The notes beneath the pieces were generated by a model, which did not search any database, was not told where the DNA came from, and saw nothing but the letters and a program-made list of their open reading frames with translations. From Priapulus caudatus (Eukaryota): DNA of 64,000 nt. The stretch lies in the NCBI RefSeq assembly GCF_000485595.1, contig NW_014577074.1, forward strand, positions 619,110-683,109, in the 5' to 3' direction. Of the stretch, positions 25,801-36,400 are shown one piece after another (positions within the stretch are counted from its first letter, which is position 1; every line of letters begins with the position of its first letter). The translations under genes were made by a program, and so were the position numbers.

Positions 25801-28800
25801 GTGATGGGGAGGAAACCCATCACCAGCGCGAAATTGGAGGTCACAGGTCAAAGGGCAGTGGGGGAAAGGTCAGATATCAGACATTTTCTGAGAACATGGT
25901 CTAACGTACCGAGTGCAAAACTTTTTTGTTTCAGTGCTGACCTACCATTTTTATCACTTTATTGAAAGGACCATGAAATGTGCTTTCCGCTGACGTGCGA
26001 AGAGTAAGTGTCTGATAACCTTTTGACCCTCAAGAGGAGGGGTAAACACGGATTTGTTGACTGTTAACAAAGGACTAAACTGCTTTTGCTATTAGAGCCC
26101 CTCCCCCCCCTTCCAGACCTTGTGTTTTAAGGTGCGCGATCGCGCCATCGCGCGCCTCGATTGATCACGAGAAGTGCGAAAAAATGCGCACCTAAGCATT
26201 ATCAAAACGCACACCTTTTTTTTTTTTTTTTTTTGTGTTTTATTTTTCATTAATTTAACTTATAAACTCGAAGATAAACGCAAATGGTTGTAAATATCAC
26301 AGACATTGCCGGAAGTCGGTTCACATGTTTATAACGACAGTCGCAAAGCGCTCTAGAATGACGAATGTGATTGGTTGTATTTTTAGATAAAGTTTTAATA
26401 GTCTACTTTGAAAAATTGAGTGTTGTTCCTTTTTGACTAAACATGCTAAATGTGTGATTCAAGTTATCCACATGTCCAAGAACTGATATTTTGTTAGATG
26501 AAAAAAAAATCACCTAAAAAATGTCAAAATTAATATTACAAATGCAGAGCTAATTTTTAGCCCAAAATGCTGGAAATGGCATTTCATGAAGTCTAGTTTT
26601 CAAATTTTTTCCGGGGGGGCATGCCACCGAACACCCCTAGTTTGCCTCGTGACCTGCAGGCACTCCGATGCAAATCACACACCTCGGCGAGCCAAGGTGT
26701 GCGATTTTTCACTCGCCTGCATTTTCCAAAACACAAGGACTGCCCCCCCCCTCTCCCTTGATTCGGTTGCCAGTGAGTTTATCAGAAGAATACCCAGCTA
26801 AAGTACACGTTAGTTGAGCGCTGTCGCTCTGCGGCACTTGTTTGAGGAAACCAGAGAGGTGGCACAGTGAAACTGCGGAGCTTATCTGGTACTGCCTGTT
26901 GATATAAATTCAAATGTGCCCAACAGTTCCTCTGGCTAGAAATACAAAAGAAGAGGATTTAGGTTGTGCTTAAATTCAGAGGTTAGGAAATGCTGTGCTT
27001 AAATTCATGGTGTAATTAAAGCAGGATTCCCCTGAAATCCAGAATGCATCTAATCAATGTAATGTTCTGTGCAGGATTTCGTCCATAAAAATATTTAGAT
27101 CAGATAGGCTCAACATAAAAGCTGCCTTCTTTAAATCTTGTGTGTTCCTATGTTTACATCGACAAAAGTGTCTCACACCTTTGTGTCGAGTAATATTGAC
27201 ATAGCGGCTCCAAAAGATTTGACTTATCTGCGTATATATCTGTGCATACAATATAGTACGTAAATAAGTCTTAATTCTTATAATTTTGCTATTGGTGAAA
27301 TTAAGTTTGAGTAAGTGGTTATTATGTTCTCAATGCTAGTTTATTATGAGGTTTAAAAAAACTGTTTATTTTGTTGTTGTGCAAAACTACTATCCTAGAT
27401 TAGACTAGGCACTGTTGCTGTGCCACCTGTACAAGCTCAAGTAAATTTTGAATGAAAGGTCATTCCTACATGTTTGCATTTTTCTAATTATATTTTTAAT
27501 TAACAAGGCTTGTTTGTGCTAAACGTGGCATTTGGGGGACATTTTTATGTGGTAATCAAGGAATGGTAATATATGTAAAAACATTCATGGCAGCTTTTCA
27601 CTTTGGGGCTGCAGTTTTAAAAACAATTTTCACCTACTACAACTACAAGTGCCTTTTTTCACACAATCATAAACCAATTATCCACATTATGGGGTATTTT
27701 ATTGCTTGGAATATTGTAAACAAGAAATCAATATTTAGCTAACGTACTGGTAAAAAATGCTATTGCCATCCACATATGAAAAATATAATATATATATGAA
27801 AATATATTTTGTGATTCTCGCCATAAACTTATATATATAAATATTTATCAAATTACTGGGTCCATCAGCTCGTGCAGACCTCTTGCATTATCTTTTCGTG
27901 TTGCCTCCTTAATTCAGAGGAGGAATACTATATGTGAAGCCTTTTGGATTCGCATTCAGTGTTGTTTATGTGACTGAGGCTAATGCTATTCTCTGGGCTT
28001 CATTTGACCATGTTGGAATAGCTCAAAGTGTTCTTGTGTTATGTTGTTACGAGTCTAGCGAGTCTAGAGTCTTAATCTTGATGAGTTCCAAACTCCCAAC
28101 TACTTGGAAATGTGAATTTCTGATTTAATTTTGAGTGTGTGAAGATAACTTTTATGGGAATATAGTTGTGACCTTACTTTTAGCATGATGACCGGGATGT
28201 GGCGGGACCAGAGGGAATGTCAGGCATGTTCGGCAGTGACTGGAGCCGTGGTAGAGGCTCAAGGTTTTTCAGAGGCTCCACTTACCGAGGCAGATTCGGA
28301 GGAGCACCGCGAGGAGGTTATCGCGGTAACTTCCGTGGAAGAGGAGGCTTCAGAGGGCGAGGTGGTATGTCAAAAATGTTAATGAACCCCATTCATGGCT
28401 TTAATAATTTGCCGAGTTAAGTGATTATTGATATCTGCTTAATTGATGAGTAACTGTGTCCCGATTGGTTGCCATTGTTATCCATGTAAGTCACGTTTTA
28501 CTGATATCATGCTCAGTGCAGTTTATGAGGTTTGTTAAGCTTGATTTATCCGAATTTGTAATATATGATGCATGAGTATTTATTTTTATTTTTTATCTAG
28601 ATAAATCATGTTACCTCACAAAAATAATTCGAATTGCAACCAGTGTATTATCAAGTGGCTCAATTACAACAAACATAATCAGCTAGACTGATTTTAAATT
28701 ACTAAAGCATTCACAAACAATTTACATGAGGCCAATGTTATTAAAAATTATTTATGCATCCCAGCAATGTGTGGATTTTTAAAGTGCTAACTTACCAAAT

Positions 28801-29164
28801 TATATTGAATTACATGTTATAAAATAGAATAATCAAACTAAGAGATGGCAATTCTCAGTGAAATTAATATGAAAAACAAGTAAAACATATAAAGTATGTT
28901 GCATGATATGCACGTTTATTTTTAATTGGATCATGTAAAATTTCAGGTCCATCTTTCTTCCGTGAAAAGAGCGTGGAGCGAGAATGGAAACACGATAAAT
29001 ATTTGGATACAGAAACGGTAAAAACATTTTTGTCGATTATAAAATCGCATTTACACGATAAGGCTTACATAAGATTAGTATTCTAATACTCTGTAATAGT
29101 ATTTAGTTGGTTATGTGTACTTTATAATGACTTTCCTGTTTTTTTTATAGGAAGATACAGGTGA
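22850..29164 (+). CDS. RS-rich BCLAF1/THRAP3-like RNA-processing protein, ~643 aa
   Basis: Exons 22850-23586, 24285-25138, 25305-25450, 28184-28364, 29151-29164 (all GT-AG; 1932 nt, in frame). N-terminal RS domain, DLRHSL and DLRLNIEERR motifs, PEMIPKGGYYYEHDDR motif, C-terminal RGG box. Confidence 0.8.
25507..26842 (+). mobile_element. HINE-like family 2 copy with nested hAT-like MITE (26114-26742)
   Basis: Starts TAGCTCAGCTGACGAAGTCAG (hairpin) then (CGTC/GCGT)n, ends GCGCTGTCGCTCTGCGGCACTTGTT. Nested TIRs CAGACCTTGTGTTTT/AAAACACAAGGACTG. Confidence 0.75.
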
Positions 29165-29315
29165 GAAACCTACCAGTACGACTTAATATGCGGTAAGCAC
29201 AGACACACCCACAACAGCAGCATAGACAGCAGTATTTGATATACAAGTGTTTCTCCACAGTAGTTGACAGCTTCCTCCATCATAGTCCTCAGTTTTACTT
29301 GTGGCTAATACCCTG

Positions 29316-29770
29316 GGGCCGGTTTCACGAAGCGTAATTAACTTTAATTATAATTAAATCACTAATCATGATTAACCTCCCATAATTATGATTAGTTAAT
29401 CATACTTAAAAATCTGTTTCACGAAGTAATTTAATTACATATTTAACTAATCACATAATTAGCCGACTTATACATGAATCACTGTATTCAAAATGGCGGA
29501 CAATGCAAAAAGTACCTGCAAAACGATACCTGAAAAGGAATTAATTTGCAATTATAATTACTAAATTAGTACAGCTAATCTTAGATAATTTAAATTTCCT
29601 TGGGATAAAATGGAAGTAAAATTTCCAATTGTAAAATCTGCAGCCTACTTACTGTACTAGTACTAGCAACTAATTATGATTAGTGGATGTAATCATGCTT
29701 CTGAATAGAAATAAATATTGTGATTAACTTGATCATGATTAAAGTTAATTACGCTTCGTGAAACCGGCCC
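29316..29770. mobile_element. PIF/Harbinger-like MITE
   Basis: TIRs GGGCCGGTTTCACGAAGCGTAATTAACTTTAAT; 3-bp TSD CTG. Confidence 0.85.
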
Positions 29771-30177
29771 CTGGTACATAAGCTATGGCTATGTGATGAC
29801 ACAATGAGAAATCACTGTAGATATATCATCGACTACTAGCTCAGATACCTGTACATTGGCCTAAGGAATGTAGAAGGGCAATAGTAGATTATTTGGCAAT
29901 GTCGGTGAAATATAATAAATTGTATCAAATATGATACTTTTCAGCGATTTATCATTAGGTTTAGATGTAATTCTAGCATTATACAAGTTATATGTGAACT
30001 CCCATGACCACTACACATTCTCTTGTGAATGGATAGCTAAATGAAGTTATTTGCCAACAGTTAGTTGCTTTTAATAAGAATATATTTATCATCCCTATTA
30101 AACAAGTTCATTAGGTTGGTAGACTAATAGATGTGACTGGGTTAATTGTTACTCAACCGTGAAGATTGGAAACGTAC

Positions 30178-30218
30178 AGCTTACGTTTCGCCTCCTGTCA
30201 GGAGGCTTTCTCAAAGCC
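30178..30218 (-). ncRNA. Minimal type I hammerhead ribozyme motif (left arm)
   Basis: Minus strand: GGCT-TTGAGAAA-GCCTCCT(GAC)AGGAGGC-GAAA-CG-TA-AGCT. Confidence 0.6.
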
Positions 30219-30417
30219 AATTGATGATTATCAGTTTTGACCACCAGATGGTGTGGTGGTCAGTAGCTTAGTCCACACGTGACTGAGCCAATCAAAATCA
30301 GGTGATGTATTAAGGAGGCCATCTGGATCACTGATCTCTATAATGTAATAGATTATATTATAGAGATCAGTGATCTGGATCCGCAAGACCCCGAACATCA
30401 ACCGTGACGAGGGGGAT

Positions 30418-30589
30418 CAGGGGCGTGTACAGGATTTGTACCAGGGGGGTCTAACCGTAAACCAAACTTGCGAGCACGCGAAGGAGGGGTTTGGGAAAAA
30501 ATGTTGAAATTAGACCCCCTTAGATGCGTTTTTTGCGCGAGCAGGGGGGGTCCGGACCCCCTGGACCCCCCCCCCCGTACACGCCCCTG
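30418..30589. mobile_element. hAT-like MITE nested in the Penelope remnant
   Basis: TIRs CAGGGGCGTGTAC/GTACACGCCCCTG; 5-bp TSD GGGAT. Confidence 0.8.
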
Positions 30590-30668
30590 GGGATACAGGC
30601 TCAGTCACGTGTGGACTAAGCTACTGACCACCACACCATCTGGTGGTCAAATCTGATAATCATCAGTT

Positions 30669-30709
30669 AGCTTTGAGAAAGCCTCCTGGATGGAGGCGAA
30701 ACGTAAGCT
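30669..30709 (+). ncRNA. Minimal type I hammerhead ribozyme motif (right arm)
   Basis: AGCT-TTGAGAAA-GCCTCC(TGGAT)GGAGGC-GAAA-CG-TA-AGCT; U3-A8 core variant, palindromic ACGT in place of stem III, predicted cleavage after GUA (30705). Confidence 0.62.
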
Positions 30710-31146
30710 GTACGTTTCCAATCTTCACGGTTGAGTAACAATTAACCCAGTTAGATTTATATCTGTCATGTTTAATTTTGTCATAGCTCTGCATTTAATT
30801 TCATTATTTCATGAATGAGTTTTACGTTTAGTTTGAGTTGCATGAATAAATTATCTGCAAAAGTATATACATTGAAATTTTGTAATTTTAGAATATCATT
30901 GAATTCTGTTATGGATCAAACTTGATTGTATATGGTTATACCTATTATACAATTGTAAAATGTCACAAAAGCAACTACGAGGTTATATGAAACTGTGTGT
31001 ACATTCTCTTCATTATGTCTGCAAATATTTACTACGTGATCTTCATAAAAAAATAAAAAGGTACGTGGGTTGAAAGTAAAATGAAGACAACATCATTATA
31101 CGTTTGATCCAATATGTATATCTTATCCTGTTGTAATTTTAATTAT

Positions 31147-32046
31147 TAGCTCAGCTGACGAAGTCAGATGCAGCTTGTAGAATCGCATGATTGTCCGTGC
31201 GTGCGTGCGTCAACAGTTGGGCACAAATATTAACCGCTCGACGTACGGTCTTGATATTCGGGACATCGTGGGGGATCACGAAAATAACTCGGGATGTCGA
31301 ATTTGGGGGCCAAAGGTCAAGATGTGTCAATGGAGGGGGAATATTTCGCCCTTAACTTAAGGTATAGGAGGAAATACGGAATTGCGGCACAAATCTCAAC
31401 GGCTTGACCTACGTTCTTAATATTCGATATATAGTGTGATGGGGAGGAAACCCATCACCAGCGCGAAATTGGAGGTCACAGGTCAAAGGGCAGTGGGGGA
31501 AAGGGCAGATATCAGACATTTTCTGAGGACATGGTCTAACGGACCGAGTGCAAAACTTTTTTGTTTCAGCGCTGACCTACCGTTTTTATCACTTTATTGA
31601 AAGGACCATGAAATCTACTTTCCGCTGACGTGCGAAGAGTAAGTGTCTGATAACCTTTTGACCCTCAAGAGGAGGGTTAACCATGGATTTGTTGACTGTT
31701 AACAAAGGACTGAACTGCTTTTGCTATTAGAACCCCCTCCCCCACCACCACCACCACCACCACTACGCTCGCGCTCGACGCATATCCATGATAACATGTT
31801 AATATAGCGAAGTCATTAAATAGCTGTTAAAAGTTACACAGCTGTATCTTTATTACTGTACTACCAGTAGGTATAGCAAAGCCTATCATAGATTTTAGAT
31901 CTGTATTAGTAGTATCCTAGATATATGCTCTGAGCGCGAACGCGGTGGCAGGAGGGCGCACTTGATTCGGTTGCCAGTGAGTTTATCAGAATAATACCTG
32001 GCTACAGTACACGTCAGTTGAGCGCTGTCGCTCTGCGGCACTTGTT
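31147..32046 (+). mobile_element. HINE-like family 2 copy
   Basis: Highly similar to 25507-26842 but without the nested MITE. Confidence 0.75.
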
Positions 32047-33430
32047 GAAAAGAAGTCGGTTAATGCTGCATTAGGTTGGACTAGAATCCAAATAATTTAC
32101 TGCCATCCATCTATCATAATGGATGAACCCTGAGCAAAGCAAAATAGTAATGGCCCATGACTATGAGTCTCTTGTAATGTCACAGAGGGTGAGGTGCATG
32201 TGTTTTTAATTTCTCACAACTAGCCAAATATGGTAGTAATTATCAGGTCAGAGAGAGGACTGAGAAAAAGCAGGCAGCAAACATTCTCTGGCACAACTTA
32301 ATAAAATAGCAGTTCCACTCCCTCTTGCCCCAATGGTACTTTTTGGTTGCCTCTGTCTGTAAGGACGCTGGTTTGGCCTCCTACCCCTGTTTTCCCCTGC
32401 TTGGCCCATCTTACACTTCGAATGACGTAGTACAGCCGAAAGGTACGGCCTGAATATAGGGGGTCATAAAATAGATACTGTTAGCTGTCATTTGGAGCGT
32501 CATAAGCAGGCCATGTCAATAAAGGTGTGACACGTTCAGCTTCGTTCCAGGCCAAACTGCGGATGCACCCTGATGGTGGGCCTGATGTGAATATACATGT
32601 ATATCACACAGGTGACGGGAATACTACTGATATATATGTTCACGCTTTTAGGATTTGCAGTTAGTTTGTTAAAATACTGATTGTAGGATATTCAGAAGTT
32701 TAATGTACGAAGACCGACAAGATATTTTTGTTGTCTTAATTTTAATAATCCGTTAGGTAGTCAAGGAATGTTTGTCAGTTTTTTCTTGTTATCTCCTTGA
32801 CAGTAATTTCCTGCACTGTATCACAACACTACCACACTATACGTGTATAACCATTAAAAAGTGAAGAATATTTGAACTCAAAATCATGTTGATTATCAAT
32901 TCCTGTCCATTTGTAGAATTAATCAATGAATCTTACAGATGCCTAGGAGCCAACATTCTAACATGAGTGAATACAAACACATTTGTTTTTTATTCACTCC
33001 TGCACGCATGCACTTATGTAATCCCACATTTTTGAGTTATACAAATATGAATTTCAATACAATTTATAGAAATTTATATAAGATCTGATTATATTTTGCA
33101 TCACATTGCATATGTTTTAAAACAATGTGAAAAAGGAGTTATACTTGAAGCTCAGGTAATGTACTAATATGGCAGTATTTTCAGTTTGTGCATTATTATT
33201 GACACGATTATAGTTTGGAGTAATAAGCTGACAGCTTATTACCCCAAGATTATAGCAATGCACTCTGATAATAAATATCTGCTTTGTTATGCAATGCATT
33301 TAAGACTGAACTTACACACCACTGTCAAAATCCTGCTACACTGAGCTGAAGTTTATAGGTCGATGGAATTCAACAATTACTGTTGTCCACATACTCTGTT
33401 GACTTCCATGTTACCATGTTAGTTCACTTC

Positions 33431-36400
33431 TTATGTCATACTGTAAAAAAAGAAAGTGCTTGTTCACAGAAAATACATTGGGACCAAGTGTATAAGGTAC
33501 ATTAAAAACACGTAACAAGGCGCGAAATTAGCACCGGCCTACCGGCATATGCTGGCAAATTATTGGCGAACCAGTAACATTGGCAAAACACCGGCCCACC
33601 GACCCGGTGTTTTCAGCCGTGTTAGCGAGTACCTACATTTTTATTTATAGCATTAATTAGCAAATAGCCAACATTACTGTTTTACCTGAACGATATCACG
33701 CCATAATTTATCATCATTTTACAAATTTGAAATCGAGAATGCAAGCATGAAACATGACATTGATTTTACAAACAAAATTTGTGATAGTTGGTACATTATG
33801 GTGAGGGCTGGTAAAAAAATTGCTGTTACCAGCCCTCTGGGCCGGTGTAAAAAAATCTTAATTTCATGCCGTGTGTAATTAGTGGTTTTGCTATTCATTC
33901 CTTTCACAGCTAGCATTCTGCGTATTACGATTACACACCTATCTATGAGCGACTCTCGCATCTTCGTCGCAATTGCGGATGGATGTTGATCTTGTAGTTT
34001 AAAAACACTTTCAACGACTGAGAGCTCTGTACTTGTAGTGTCAATGCCACAGAATGCGCACCAATCATTGACAACCATTCCGGCACCAATCACATCACTA
34101 CCTCGGTTGACAGTTCCAGCCTACAAGAAGAATTCAATCATATCATCACGAAATAGGTGTAAATGCCATGTAGAACAATTGGCTGCAGGCACAAGGCATT
34201 ACATAATATTTAAACATGAATACACCGCATATCAGCTATTACATTTCTAATTACATAATTATAGACACCGACAAACGAACAACACAGGCATCAAATGTTG
34301 ACATACTTTCCAAACCAGTTTCACTATTTTTACTACAAGTATAGAAATAGCTTTCATGGACTAAGATAAGTGAGAGCTCTATGTAATGATTTGTATTGAT
34401 CCATTTTACTATTTATATTTAACAAATTATATAAAACCATGTTTTTATAACTTGATGAGTTTATAGATAACTTGGATACACTGACTGAACAATGTACTCA
34501 TCATTATTACCCTACCACTAGAGGAACTTGAATGAGTGATGATAGTTCATCTTGATCTTCTACTGATGTCTTTGGGTGAACCTACAAAATTTCAAGTACT
34601 TCTTTTACAGATTACCATTGACAAAATTATGCAGTGTGTAAAACCGAAATAAGTTAAAAGTCGCTACTTGTGAAACACCTATCTACATTTACTCCTCGTA
34701 CAATTATTCCCGAACATTACAATTCCTACAATACAATAAACTTGTGCTTTTATTTCATGCTTTTACATAGATGCTTTAAGTTATGTTTTTATGCTTCCTA
34801 CAAGTCAAACGTTTAACAGTGTCTAACTCTTCTACTGTACTTACCAGACCTCCTTGGTTACTTAGAGCACAGTAGCTTCCGACCAAGACATTGTCAGCCA
34901 ATGTTTGCCGAAATACTTCCACCTTTAGAACGTCTGCTAACAATTCTTCTGTTTCCTGCATGGACATTAAATGTGGGTTTATATCTTGCAGTAAGTAGGA
35001 GTGATATTGATTTCATATCATATATTTCATATAATTTACACACATTAGTAGTTTAAATCAATAATAGTAGCGCGCAAAATTAGCGCTGTTTTGCTGGCGG
35101 CCGCCGGTTCAAACCCTCGTATAATCTTGTCTATCTTGCCTTTATATCAACAATATTTACCTATTTCCTGACTAGTTTTTACTTCACTAAGACTACTCTA
35201 CTTCTTAATATAAACTGTGCAAATATATACTATGAATATGCCTAATAAACACAAAACTAATACTTTTATTAATTATGGAATAAATTGAACAAAATTAAGG
35301 GCCTGTTCAAACTTGTAAGGGCCTGTTCAAAATTTTGGGTGGGCCTGTTCACATTTTGGCTAATTTCATGCCTTGATAATAACAAATGGATATAATCATG
35401 TATGACAAAAAACACAAATACATGTCTCAGCACAGATTGGCCATTCTGAGTGTACACGTTTCCACATCCATAATAACTAGGAATACGTGTGTGCATCTGT
35501 GTCTGTCTGTGTTTGTCTGTCTGTGTGTGTGTGCATGTGTGTGCTGGATATAAATGGTTAGAAAATGTGTTACAATATATATGTGAAGGTCAGCACACAA
35601 TTGCTGACCAGTGGCACACTACACATACAAATTCAGATGGCATGACGGGGTTAGAACAGTCATGTAACAATGCTTTTCAGTCTTTATATTGATGTAGTAA
35701 CTTTAGTAGTATGGCTAGTGGTTTTAGTATTTGACCAAACAGTTTCATTTTGAATTTTCTGTGGAAAAAGGTGAGGAATACCCTATCCAGATCCGGATGC
35801 ACCAATGCCACGTAATCGTTGCATGCAATAACATTTCCTAGTGCCGACAATTTTTCCTCAACTCGCTGAATTTTCACACTATCGGGTAGAGAATTTCTCA
35901 TTTGTTGCAATTCCTGATCTGTGGTAGAGCTGGGGACAAGTAGACCATGCCTATTTCCTAGAAACAAAAAATGACAAAATAATTTACGTTAATGAATTTA
36001 TCAGCAGTAAGAATGCAGTTACAAACAAGCAACACGCACTCAGATTAGTAATAGCCAACCTGAAATTTTATCATTATATAAATTTGGTCATTCATATATA
36101 CAGTTCCCAAACAACACGTATAACCAAACTGGGCAGCTAGAAAATATATAGTACTGGGCAATAATCTAAATTAAAATTGAATGGAACCTTGAATACTTGG
36201 AATATTAGAGAAGTAATTCTGCATTACAATCACTAACAAGGTAATAACTGGTACCAATAATTTTATAATCAATACCAATTGTTCAAATACCAGTTTTCTA
36301 CGCTTATTCAAAACACAAGTTCGACAATAATAATTCAAATCTAGTTTTACTAACCAACACATAGCCTCCCAATTATCCGACAGCCTGCAATGGAAGTGTG

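Larger units (their letters stand above)
30136..30751 (+). mobile_element. Penelope-like retroelement remnant: GIY-YIG C-terminal fragment flanked by inverted pseudo-LTR arms
   Basis: After removing two nested inserts, 30309-30640 reads IKEAIWIRKTPNINRDEG/GYRLSHVWTKLL (one frameshift). Arms 30136-30289 and 30598-30751 are inverted repeats. Confidence 0.8.

Noticed and set aside
28430..28510. Possible intronic C/D-box snoRNA (TTGATGA...CTGA)
   Set aside because: Imperfect box C, no terminal stem adjacent to the boxes, no recognisable rRNA guide.
35772..35781. eIF6 intron 3 donor GTATTCCT as a U12 site
   Set aside because: Does not match GTATCCTT and I saw no U12-type branch site near the acceptor.
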